From Girardia tigrina (taxonomy: Eukaryota): a stretch of DNA of 50,436 nt. The position numbers were made by a program, and so were the translations under genes. The notes under the pieces were generated by a model. The model was not told the origin of the DNA. It was given only the letters and a program-made list of their open reading frames with translations, and searched no databases. Shown one piece after another: positions 35,701 to 48,469 of this stretch (within the stretch, counting starts at the first letter, position 1; every line of letters begins with the position of its first letter). The stretch is taken from assembly GCA_001938485.1 (NCBI GenBank), contig MQRK01243332.1:5501-55936 (forward strand), read 5' to 3'.

Positions 35701-37132
35701 AAATGCAGATGGATTATCACGGCTATACGATGACGTTTGTGCACAATGTGAAACAAAACACGAAGAACCAAAATCAACAAAAGCGAGGGTGAAACACATC
35801 AATACAGTGGTGATTCGGTCTACAATTCAATGGATAAAAGATGAACAAGAAAAGTGCTCAGAGTTGAACCAGTTGAAACAAATACAGGAGATGGCAGAGG
35901 GTGAAAAGAATGAAATCACCAAGGAGTTATTACAACTAAAGGACCAATTAATTTATCAGAATGGGTTATGGGGTAGGCAAGAAGGAAATTGTGTGTTACC
36001 ATTGGTTCCGAAGCAAATTAGAAGAGATTTCATCAGGAAAATACACAGAGATTTATGTCATGTAGGTATCAAAAAGACAAAGAAGTACATCCAAAATCAT
36101 TTTATATTACCAGATTTAGCGAAAGAGGTGCAAATCGTTATATAGAATGTCAGGAATGTATACGCAGAAAAATTCCAAGTGAAAAAACAAAAGAGAAGTT
36201 GATTCCAATAAAAAGTGACGAGTTTTTAGAGCAAGTCGTGATGGATATCGCATATGTGGGTGACAAGAATAGCATGTACCCATATCTATTGCTCATGGTG
36301 GACCAGTTTTCGAAATTGGTCTTTTTGACAGAGATTAGAACTCAAAACGAAGACACTATAGTTCAATGCGTGTTGATAAAATGGATATATTGATATGGGA
36401 AGCCAATAACAATATTAACAGACAATTGAAAATGTTTTACTGGCGGAAAATTTAAAGATTTTTGCAGTAAATATGGAATCGAACAAAGATTTAGTAGCCA
36501 ATTTCAACATCAATCAATCGGGTTGGCAGAAAGAACTATTCGAACAGTGAGTGACATGACAGTAACAAGCAGAGGAGACACAGACAAACGATCATGGTGG
36601 CTAATTGTTCCGAAGATAGAATTCTGTCTAAATGCAACAGTTCAGAGTACGACCGGATATTCGCCTTTCGAAGTTGTGTTTGGTAGAAAAATAAACTTAC
36701 ATGTGGCAGCAGGAATAGCTAAAACGGAAGAGAGCAACGTGATCAAAATGAAGGTAAGAGAAAATTTAGAGAAAGCGACAAGACGAATGGAAAATTGGGA
36801 GAGAGAGAGGAGAACAAATCGACATTTCGAGGATGGTCAGAAAGTCTTTGTAAAACAAGATCCTACAAAACTGAGAAAGGACACCTTCCCATTCGATGGA
36901 CCGTACCAAATTTTAAGACATATATCGCCACACCAATTGGAACTACAGAATTCGAAAGATGGAAAAATAATTCGTCGAAGAATTGAGTGGATTAAGAAAG
37001 TGAACAACGAATTATAAAAGAGGGGAAAGTTGTGATTATTATTTGTTTAAGTATTCTAAAAAGATTGTAAATAATTAATAAATTCTACTTGTTGTTATAA
37101 TGAATACTGAAGTGAAACCTGGAGATTTAACT
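32711..37132 (+). mobile_element. Full-length Ty3/Gypsy LTR retrotransposon (gag with 2 CCHC, PR, RT, RH, IN), coding-defective
   Basis: 105-bp LTRs 32711-32815 and 37028-37132; PBS TGGCGACCAC; PPT AAAAGAGGGGAA; TSD GTTTT; LLDSGA, YLDD, DTDAS, RTDHKAL, GLAERT, FDGPY. Confidence 0.95.
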
Positions 37133-37308
37133 GTTTTTTTTGCAATTTTAAAGCACTTCCCCTGATGCTATCGAGTTATTATCACTTATTATTTGTATTA
37201 TTATCACTTTTATTCTCACAGTTTCTTTTTACTTATTATAAAAAAATTAAATTAAAAAAAATTAAATTTGAAAAATTGAAAAATTTAACACCGAATTCGA
37301 GACAATAA

Positions 37309-39470
37309 ATTACAGAGAATTAATTCTCGGATCTAAAAATATAACAATGATAAATATAAATCAAAATCCATAATAAAAACAAAACAGCCACCATTGTCGA
37401 TTCAAACAAACAACAATTAAATAATAACAACGCACAACATTCACCCTCACAAGAAGATCAAGTGATTGAGTCCAGTGATAAAGTCTTTTTGCCAAGTCGG
37501 TGTCTTTTTCTGACGCTGTGGTCTTTCCGGATTCAGCAAGTTAGGCAACGTATTCGTCGCTGCTCCATTGTCAACATTAGAACAGTAAGCTATATGCGTT
37601 GAGGAAACCGTACCGGTTCGACCGCTGTGATGGAATTCAACTTCGATTGCGAATGGGGATATTATCTCTTTCACCAAGACTTCATCTGGATCGTAATTGT
37701 GAAAACTGAAGATGTAAATTAGTTGAACTTTTTATAACTTTTTTCTGGTCATTAATTTGATTTTAATTGAGTTATATTTGTATTTGATTTGACCTTTCGG
37801 ACAGATTCAATTTCAACCAGACAATTTCATTCTCGGACAAAGTAGATCAGGAAACAGTTATGCGACGGGTCATTAAAACGAGGGCACCGACAAAGATCAA
37901 GTGTCGTGGGAGTTGGCCACGTGTGAGCTAAAATTAAAATACTCCCCCCGATCCAGATATCGTCCAACGACTACAGGGTACTGCGACTGCGCTGTGTTCA
38001 CTCTTCTATCAGATACCTTCTACTGACATTTTTTACTTCATTAGCAATGAATTGCCTTTCCTCTTTAGTTTTGTATTGTGATGAGGTTCGAATTGGCTTG
38101 GCCGTTTCGCTAATTTTAATGCAGGAAATCGGTTGAATCTTTAGCAAACTAGCTTTACTCTTTTTTGCAGATGGATGGTACTGTTGTAGATGACACCATC
38201 AAGACTGGTAGTTTTCCAGGGAATCACAAGTGAACCTCTTTAAATTTTGCGAGGACAGACGTACCCAGAAATGCCTTGTACCTCAGTTGATGAATGACAT
38301 AAATCAGGGAACTAATAGCAGCGCCGTTCGAGAAACAAATCTCTGACGTAATCACTGCTGTTACTTTTAATTTGCTTCCATTTGTAGCTCGCATGTCAGC
38401 AATGGGTCCTTCAAACCAAATTTCCAATTCAGCAGCAACATCCTTAGACAGCAAAGACACGTCAATACTGTTATCGATAATCCACTTTATTTGGTACCAA
38501 TTTACAGAGGTCTCAATGCGTTTTCTTCTAGATTTTTACCCTTTTGTCCTCTCAATTGTTCCCACGACCAGGGTAGCACACGTTTTCCGTTGTTGCTTAC
38601 AGACGTTGCTAAAGTGTCCGATTTGGTTACAGTTAAAACACTGTTTACCATTAGCAGGGCAAGCCCGTCTTTCGTGATTTTGCGACGATTCACACAATTC
38701 ACACTTCCTCCGACGTCCTTGTTCGTAATGGTTGCCACGTTTAATGAGTGGGAGGATTGATTGTACATTTAACTTTCAGAGGTTCTATGTGCAGTTTCTT
38801 CCAATTGGACGGCGGCCGTGGCCTGATCCAAGGTAATAGCATTTCCTTGCCTGTACTGCTTGGTGAATTCCCAACATACCGCCTTTCTAACTTCATCTTC
38901 TTTAGATTCAAACAGAAAGCGTCGTAGAGAGCTTCATCTACAAAATCGATAGGGAATTCACAATATTGGTAAAATTTTCTGTAATTGGCTAACAAAACAA
39001 ATGATGGATTGATCTGTTTCTTGCCGTCTAGAATACAAAGTCAACCGCTTTTGTAAAATATTCTTCGATCCTTCTATTTTATGTCACTAGAAGGTGATTG
39101 CAAGAGAATATTCCGTTTTCCGGCATTTTATCCTTGGCTAGTATTTCTGGCCATGTAATTTCGTCATAAAATGATGCTAACTTGGAACCAATGTAGAGCA
39201 ATAATAGATCGAGTTTTTCATTGTTTTCAGTCTTTAAAATCCGCATAAATCTGTCAAATTGTTTGACAAATTGCTCAAAGCCATCCCGAATTTCTGCCAT
39301 TAATGTTGTTGCGGTAATTTTATACATTAATATCCGAAAATAGTGTTATATTTTAAAACAATTACAGAGAATTAATTCTCGGATCTAAAAATATAACAAT
39401 GATGAATAAAATCTATAATAAAAACAAAACAGTTGCCACTGTCGATTCAAACAAACAAAAATTTAATTAA
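37309..39470 (-). mobile_element. Internally deleted Gypsy-like element with LTR remnants at ~37309-37439 and ~39360-39470
   Basis: Direct repeat AATTACAGAGAATTAATTCTCGGATCTAAAAATATAACAATG; gag-like and degenerate protease segments; purine tract before TGTTGTG on minus. Confidence 0.75.
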
Positions 39471-39471
39471 A

Positions 39472-39772
39472 ACTGTTATCGATAATCCACTTTATTTGGT
39501 ACCCATTTACAGAGGTATCAATGCATTTTCTTCTAGATTTTTACCCTTTTGTCCTCTCAATTGTTCCCACGACCAGGGTAGCACACGTTTTCCGTTGTTG
39601 CTTACAGACGTTGCTAAAGTGTCCGATTTGGTTACAGTTAAAACACTGTTTACCATTAGCAGGGCAAGCCCGTCTTTCGTGATTTTGCGACGATTCACAC
39701 AATTCACACTTCCTCCGACGTCCTTGTTCGTAATGGTTGCCACGTTTAATGAGTGGGAGGGTTGATTGTACA
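39472..39772 (-). repeat. Near-identical duplicate of 38467-38769 (gag knuckle/protease junction)
   Basis: About 300 bp direct repeat with a few substitutions. Confidence 0.9.
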
Positions 39773-40019
39773 GTTAACGTATCGATACAGCACTTATAAT
39801 TTATAAGTAGATCTTTTTCAATGAATATTGTTCAGGAACTCTGAATTTTCGATTTTTCCCATTTTTGGACTTTAAAACGTTTTTTTTCAATCAAATTTTC
39901 ACATAATCATTTAATGTAATCGAAATTGAGTAAATGTGCAAAGTTTGAAGAAAATTGATTGAGTAAAAAGTCTTCAAAAAGAGGTTTCTAAATTCCATGG
40001 ATACATATATATGGGTTTG

Positions 40020-41460
40020 TGTCAAATGACCGTGAGGTGCTGTCCACCGGATCGAGCTGTGGCGACCAACATCTCTTTAATGTTTCAGGACTCAGTGCCC
40101 GGAAAGATCGGTGTCTCAGTTAAACAGCAGCTGTGTACCGATCGGTTCCCGCAACTACCGGTCGACGCGTCATCGGATTTCAATCCCACGATCGACTCAT
40201 GATGGTTCTCCGCCGAGCCGCGAGTAACAGCACCAGAATCTGTCGCTCCGATTGGTGCAGTCATGTCGACCTGTTGAACACTGTAGAATCGGAAGTGATG
40301 GTACCGGGGTTCGGTTAGACCGATTCGGGTTGTCATCGAGCAGTGTGATTCCGCAGATGACGCAAGATGTTGCTCGTTATTACTTTTTAGTTATTTCCAA
40401 GTAAATAACACATAGTCGAAAAAAATGTATTTTGTAATGTCGCCAATCGATCTTCCACTTCAAGCCACCTTTCTTTTAATCTTACGGTGTTCCCTCTTCA
40501 CAATGCCGTTTTCACTTGGCCAGTTCACGCATCTGAAACAAGCGTCCACTCCTGATTGATCCAGTAATCTTTTCACCCTGTTTCCTCGGAATGTTCTGGA
40601 ATTATCTAGAAGAAGGTCTTCTGGTGGTCCAAACTCGTAGATTACACTTGCTAATGTTCCACAGACTTCCTCTTCATTCTCCGACTTGATTTAGCGCCAA
40701 ATCATGAACCACCCCGGACTACAATCCACAACTGTTATGAACTTTTTTTTCTTATTTATGAGTGACGCCTACTACCAGTCTCTTCCATGTCATTATGGAA
40801 TTCAATTCTCCTTTATCCAACTTGATTGATATATGATCAATTGATGCGCACTGGACCGACAATGGTGGCTCACTACCTGATATTGCCATAGAGACCTGTC
40901 CGCATGAATTTGCAAGTAAGCTCGCTTCAGGTCTACGATCTCCGGGTTTTTTCCCATTTGATACCAGTTCCTGAGTTTGTCCGCGCAAATTAAACTCCCT
41001 ACCGTATGGCTTGTTATGTATTCGCATAGGCTCCCATAATTGAGCACTGGCCTGATTTTCTCCTTTGCTTCCTGAATGATCGCCATTAACGGAAGAGTCG
41101 TATGGTGGCGTCTCTCGCATTCCACCAACCATCCTTACATTTTCCATTCATTTAATTCAGCGTTGATTTCTTCCTTGTGCGGTTTGATTGAGTTATAGCT
41201 TGCCACTGGTAGAGCCTAACTCCTTTTGCAGTGCCAAGTCACCGACCAAGTGTACCCAACGAACTTCGCCGTGAAATCAGAGTCCATTAGGGTGACTGGC
41301 TGTGCCGATGCCCCGGTTGGGCTAAATATTGCTTTTTGGACGCCTCAAATTTTGTTGCCGTCGCTCTTACTATTCATTATGCTATGTTCGTGAGTCATCC
41401 CATGACTACTGTTTCCGGTTTTTCACTCCGCCCCGAATACCGACTCTGATGCAGCTGAGA
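40020..41460 (-). mobile_element. Deleted LTR retrotransposon pol remnant (RT N-part joined to integrase core)
   Basis: RPVLNY..IVDLKRAYLQI..LWQYQVV; FGPPEDLLLDN..ENGIVKREHR. Confidence 0.75.
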
Positions 41461-42408
41461 TTGTCCGATAATAGTGTCTAATGTAATGTGAGTTTTCTTC
41501 TACTTTTTTCTTTTATTTTTTTGCTTACCATCTTATCTTTCGTTTGCCTATCTATTTCTGATTGCCTATCTCACATGTGATTTTTTTATTTTTTATTGGT
41601 CTTTTAGTTCGTGTAGTAGCGCGAATGTTTTATTTGTTGCTTGTGATTTGTATTCGGAGCCGAATGATCTGTTGTATGTTTTGTTTGTTGTTGTGATATA
41701 TGTTTTTTATTTATCGAAAAAATGCAAAAAAGAAAGAAAAGAAACTTGATTAGTCTTTTGAATACCTTTCCGTTACTTGTGATTTATTAAAGAGGATCAA
41801 TAATTATTTTATTAACTCACTCAAATTATTATTTTACTTAATTCAGTTATTTCAGATTCCGTTTCTTTACAGAAAAAAATCACATTCCAAATTCTAAATT
41901 AAAAAATTGATTTAGAAAAAATCAATAAATAGATTATCAGAAATAATATTGTAACATACCAACGAATTAACCGTTTGACAACTGCGCGGTTTATCAGTCT
42001 GCGTATCCAGCATTTGATTTAGAACAACAAATTTTCATTTATCCAGTCAACTGTTCATTGTGCCTATCCATCATTGACTCTAAATTGACTCATTTGCACT
42101 ATTTTATCTGATTCGTCTAGTTGTCAATTGTAGAGGTTATTGAAAGATTAAACGTTTGTTTAGTTATCAATTACTCTAGTTTATCATTTTTCTCTATTAT
42201 TTAACAGTTGTATTCTGTTACATAGGGACTAAGTTCATCAAATTTAAGAGTAAAATACACAATTTGATTAACTTAGTCTACGTTTAGTAACTAAGTTTTT
42301 ATTTTCGTATTATACTCAATAGAGATAAAGAGTTCAGTCTTATTAAGCTGACCAAAGCGGAATAGATAGTATTAGTTTATTATTCTTTGGGGATTGAATT
42401 CGTTATTT

Positions 42409-42660
42409 CTACATCCAACACCGTATCCGTTGCCTATTGACCGTGATGTTCAAACACGCTCCTTTTTGCACCTCTATTCGATCGCATACAGTTTGAAAAT
42501 GTTTTGAAATCGCGTCCACTTGTTCCGGATCCACCAGATGCTGATCCACTATTGTTGTATCTACAAGTGCTCTCGTTATTTTACCTTCAATGCTCACCTC
42601 TATTATCGGCAATTGCGCGCCACTCCTCGCAGATACCCTCAGTAACAGTGGGAACTGCTA
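42409..42660 (-). mobile_element. Retrotransposon aspartic protease fragment
   Basis: LPIIEVSIEGKITRALVDT. Confidence 0.55.
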
Positions 42661-42704
42661 TTCATTTCCAGCCTTCTTGAATCCTTGGAAACTAGTTTCG
42701 CAAA

Positions 42705-42853
42705 AATTAAAACAATTTGAATGATAAAAAATTCATTGAATGAGAAACCGAGGGGTTACTATTTTATCGAATATGAGCTCAAAATGGATATGCGTGGTAA
42801 GTGCCTATAGCTTATTTATTTGCTTCTAATTTTTATTTGTAACAATATTACCT
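42705..42853 (+). pseudogene. Inverted, unspliced duplicate of U1-70K exon 3 (3' part) and the start of intron 3
   Basis: Reverse-complement match to ~30530-30678 including the GTAAGT donor; CAA changed to TGA plus other substitutions. Confidence 0.9.
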
Positions 42854-43499
42854 GTTGGGTTCTTGATCGAGATTAAGACTTATTAACACCAAAATTTAAT
42901 TTGTAACACAATTAACAATTATTCAAACAATTTTTAGTTAACAATTTTTTTTAATAACAATTTTTCGTCGAGGAACTTTTCTTCGTTTTCTTTTTTGACA
43001 AGATTTTTTATATCAAAATATGGAACAATAAATACTGATAAGCTATTTTAAAACTGAAACTTTTTTATTTTCTATTTTAAAAATTTACATTCCACTATTT
43101 TATGCAACTTAATTTAAATTAAAACTAACATAATTTATTGTAGTCATTTTTTACTAAATTATTATTACTAAATGATTTTTTATTATTTTAGAATTAGTTT
43201 AATGTTATTTTCTTTTATTTGTGAAACGTTTTTAATTAATAAAAGATTTTAAAGTTCTATTTATTATCAATATTTCAGTTTAAAAGCATTTTTTACCTAC
43301 AATTATTTTAAATACAATACAAATTTTAAATACAAAAAATAATTTACGGTATTCAAATTTTTATTATTATTACGATACATTAATGATAAAAGTTTTAATC
43401 TTTATTTATTTTTACGACAACTGTTTAGAATTAAGTATTTGTCAAATCTTTAATTTGCAGAATTTCAAACTAACTTTAAAATCTAAAATTATCTGTTGT

Positions 43500-45900
43500 T
43501 TTTTACTTTACATCTCTGGCAACAAAGTTATTTTATTTTTTAGAATCGAGCTAAAATACTTTGCACCTCCTAAGACATCCAACATTTCATCAACATTGGG
43601 CATCGGAAAAGCTTGTCTCTAAGTTATTGCATTTAAACGCCTAAAATCCAAACAGATACGAATATCTTTCTTCTCTTTTTTCCACACACAAATTAATGGT
43701 GTGTTCCAAGGTGAATTACACTTCCGAATGATATTATTATCATACAAATTTTTTATAGTCTCCATGATATTTTCTTCGAGATGCATTGGTTGACGAAAAG
43801 GTTTTAAATAAATTGGCTCTCCATTCGTCTTAATATGATGTTTTGCTAAACTGTACATCCGATATCCCATTTGTCAGCCATGAATACTTCTGCCTGATTA
43901 TGAATGACCTCTAACAATTTTGAATATAATTTACCTATGCAATCTAACGTTCTTTTTAATCTCTCCCCTGGCCTTATCACCCTGCCAAATTTCGCCTCGA
44001 TGTTACACACACTTCCGTGTGCTTCCCCTGAGACATTATTGTCTTGAGATTCGTTCTTTTGTATGGAATAACCGAAAATTTTCATGAATACTATGTCTCC
44101 TATAAGTTCCAGAACCACATTCTCTACAACAATAAATGGTACTGCTTTCCTTGTCTGACATATATATATACTTCTACATCTATTTTACCCAATACTTTCA
44201 ATTTTCCATCGTTGGCACCTCTCAAATTGATATCGCATTTTTCTAACACCAAATTATTCAAATCTTGATAATACTTCTTACTCATAACATTAACACCTGC
44301 TCCTGTATCCAACAAACACTCTCACTGTTTCCTCTGAATTTCCACTGTAACGCTCGAACGCCCCTGCATTTTACTATAACGTATCTCTGATTTCTGATCC
44401 TCAATCAACGCGTTAACATAAAATACTTGCTCAAAATTCTTTTTCACAAATCCATAGACCTTATTCATCGTTCGCACATCCAACTCGCATCCGAATCCGT
44501 GGGAATTATCTTCTAAGATCAGTGGCATCCGGCTCCAACCAACTCCCCAATTGACGGAGCCCAGTCGTTTGGGTACGGCTTATCGTTTTTTTCTTCATTA
44601 TCATCAAATATGCGTTCTTCATCTTCGTTCATGGTGTTGATTTTAAATTTTCGATCATTGTACTGCATTCTCGATCTGCCATTGTCGTAACCATTATTCT
44701 GTCTGCTAGAGTTCACTAAACATACCGATGCTAGATGCCCATTCCGGCTACATTTTTCACAGCGTATCTCTGGACATTGAGTTCGCCTATGTCCCTTTTT
44801 TCCGCACAAGAAACAAACCAATGGCTGTCTGTTAGGACAGTTTCGACTGAAGTGCCCAGTCTCTTTACAATTCCAACACTGTACAGGTCTTCTTTGTTGG
44901 CAATTTCTGCTGAAATGTCCTGGTTGCTGACAAGTATAGCATTTGAACTCGGTTGATTTCACTCTTGAGAGTTGTTTTCTTGGATGAGTCAGATTTACCC
45001 ATTTTTTAGTTACCTCAGAAGCCCTGCTGTTTTGAACAACATCTCGATTACTTCGGACAGCATTGATCCTGTACTTCTTTTAATGGTTTATTTGGTCTAC
45101 GAGTGCAACGAACTCAGATATTTCCTTGGCACTCTTTCGTTTCCGCAATTTAATTTCACGAACAACATCTTCATCATCAATGCAATGAAATAACATTTGA
45201 GCTTTTAGCTCTTCTTCCTCGAGTCTATGCGACAACGCATTTTTTACCAACCGGTCTACTTTTTTGAAAAAGGTCTGCGCGTTATCAGCACCTTTGCGAT
45301 AACTCAACAGTTTTTCCCAATCCGCTCTCGGCTTTTCAAACGCTAGTCTTAGCCGATCCTCAAAATTATCAGCTTTACCAGCTGTGTTTTCATGTGCTTC
45401 CAAGAGATCTTCATGTATCATGGAGTAAATACATGTTTGCCTTTTCTTTTGATTAATTTCCGCTGCTTCAAAATATCTTCTGCAGAGAAAAATAAATTTC
45501 TCAAGGTCTTCTCCGATCTGGAACATGTCGGGAATCAGTCGGTTCGTGATTGAATCCGCTAGCGCTGCCACCATGTTAGTTTGGGAATTTTCTTCCATTC
45601 TAAATCAAAAAGAAATTAAAACTTGCAAAATTTTTTAATCTACAACAGGTTAAATTTGTTATTTAAACAAATTTTCTTTTTTTTATTTTCTTTTTTTTAA
45701 TTCTATTTTTCATTATAATTCGATTATTTTTCGATTATAATTTGAAATTTTTAAAAACCAAAATTTTTATTTCTGAATATTAAAAAATAACATCAACACT
45801 CTCTTACAACTACTATATATATAATTTATATGATCTGGTCTGTGTTTAAGAAAACTTACTCCAATGCCAAGATCGAATCCTCGTCGTCTTGACACGATTC
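43500..45900 (-). mobile_element. 5' half of a Ty3/Gypsy element: gag with four CCHC knuckles, protease, RT start
   Basis: CYTC..GH..C, CWNC, CFLC, CEKC; LLDTGAGVNVMS; SPWNTPL..RICLDFRRLN; degenerate PBS-like GACGAGGAT near 45880. Confidence 0.88.
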
Positions 45901-47519
45901 GTTTTTTTCTATATGTTCTTGCTCTTGATCATTATTATTAAAATTTGTTCGAATAATTGTTTTTAAACAAGATATTAACAAAAATATATCAATTTAGAAC
46001 GATGTCAAATTATGAAAGTTTGCTGAGAATTGTTCAAAAGACAATTCAAATTGTGATGAAACCAATATTGGTGTTCTTAGTAATTTAAATAAAATTTACG
46101 AATTATTTAAACGCATGTAATTGGGAACAATTTTACAATAAAATAAGTGCTTCTCAGTTCAGCTTACTTCTCAATTAATATTTGATCAACTTTCTCCATT
46201 GTACTTCAGAAAACATTATAAAAGTAAAGGGACTTTAAGAGTAACTGCCTTATGTCTTGAAATTTCTTTCTTCCATAAAAGTATAAAATAAACAAAACGA
46301 TTGCTAACAAATCTATGCGTTTAATAAACGCATAAAAATTGTCTTATCACAAGTTGAAAAGTTTGTATTTGTTTCATTCTTAAATTTGATGACTTAAAAA
46401 ATCAAACGTAAAAACATCTTTTGAAATCGATTTTTGACATCTTGATTGTGGGAGGTGGTTGCAACATCAATATCCGAATTCATTTTTTTAACACCAAACT
46501 TTATTTATATAACAACAATTCACATATTTAAAACAAATTTTTGTGTTAATTTAATTATNNNNNNNNNNNNNNNNNNNNNNNNNNNNNNNNNNNNNNNNNN
46601 NNNNNNNNNNNNNNNNNNNNNNNNNNNNNNNNNNNNNNNNNNNNNNNNNNNNNNNNNNNNNNNNNNNNNNNNNNNNATTTATTTAAATTGCTTAATACTT
46701 CTATTAAAATATATAAATTGTTTTGACAATAAAAATATTTTTATTTATAAATAAATATTTAATATTTAATGGTTTTCTTATCATTTTTAATTTTAGATAT
46801 TTAATAGATACATTAAAAAGATATTTTTTATTTTTAAATAGATATATAATTTTTTATGATTTTCTTTTATTATATCATTTTTATTTTTTTAAAATATTTA
46901 AAAAACACATTTAAAACATATTTTATTTTTAAATACATATTTGCTTTTTTAATAGTTGTTTTATTATATCATTTTTAATTTTAAAATATTGAATAAGCAT
47001 ATTAACATTAAAATATTTTAACTTTTAAAAAAATAATAAATTATTCTGGCAAGATAAAAATTTAAATTAACCCCTCATAATGATCATTTTGTTGATGTTC
47101 ACTCAAGGCTTCCATAAAATATTTGGACCTTTAAAATCAAGCAATTTCTTATAAATACAATATTTTTCCACAATTAAAAATTCAAAAATTTCTAAAAATG
47201 TCTTTAGCGCATTGTCAAAATTTTTAGAAGATAGATGCATTGTTATGTCGTATTTTCGATTTTTATTGTTTTCTTTTTGACACTTTCTGATATTTTGGCA
47301 GCTTAGTTTTTAAAAAAAATTTAAAAAAAAATTTTAAAAATTTTTTTAAAAAAAATCTGTTTACCCAAAATTTATTTACTATGATATTCATCAATTTCAA
47401 ATACAAAAGTTTACTTTCTATTTAGTTATTATTTCGATTAATTTATTATCGTCTCTTTTCTTTGTTTATCAGACTCCTTATTTTTTGCACGTTTTTTTCT
47501 GAAAATATTTTTGTGGATA

Positions 47520-48395
47520 CTTACCCGGTACGAGCGACGTATGTTCTAGAACGACACTTCTCAGGGAGAGGCCGTATCACATCACTTCCGTTCAGTCGAC
47601 AACCTATATTATGTTCTGCTCGTTCGTAATTAATGATTTTAAACGTTACATATCATTCACTATTTCCGAGTAGCAATATTGATGTTTCTAGTGAGAAGAT
47701 TATGAACCCGGGACGAGAAACAAGTCAAAGTGGTGGTAAAGGATGTCATCAATGTTCGTCGATTGACTATCACATGCGAAATGGAGAGAAGGTGAGTTGG
47801 GTTTCAAGAAAACCTGGAAGCGGCTCACTATGGATGTAACGCACACAACAGAGGGAAATGTTATGACCTGGTGGATTTATGGCCATAGTGCCTTGCGACG
47901 TAAAGGGAAATTATCTTAGAAGGCAACATTAACCTATGTTTATCACTAAACACGGTATTATTGGAGTTCCGTTCACCACAAAAATTACTACTCGATAAAT
48001 TCATTACTCATTACATTCATTACAAAAGGGTAGCGGCAATTCGAAGTTTTCTACCTGACATGGGATTTAAGATACGATTTTGACGAATCAATCGGTATTG
48101 CTGGAATGTATTCCTCAAGTACTGTTCAAGCGCATGGTAGTGTAAAGGGGGAAACCGGTCAATACATGGTACAATCATACAATCCAAACTCGAGCGGGTG
48201 ATTTCAGAATTGATAGGCTCAGTGGTGGGGGGTTGCCTTACCAGGTCGATTTCGCGAAGCAGCTTCCGAGGGCTTCAGCTCAGAACACTCGGGAGAGTTA
48301 CGTGCATGATAATGTGGAATCGCTCTGAAGAATCGCGGAATGTGTTGCCAGGTGTAATGAATAGAGGGAGATGCCGAAATTTTAGGGGGGTGTAT
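47520..48395 (+). mobile_element. Degenerate LTR retrotransposon integrase-region remnant
   Basis: Similarity to the 1700-3130 block; ends TTAGGGGGG|TGT. Confidence 0.45.
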
Positions 48396-48469
48396 TTTGT
48401 CATCATTTATTAAAATGATACTCTTTTTAAAAAGTGCTCAAATACAATATTAATTAAGAAACAAAATTT

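Noticed and set aside
32783-37017. Stop-codon reassignment explaining the broken pol frames
   Set aside because: Lesions include frameshifts and different stop codons, and the host genes read cleanly in the standard code
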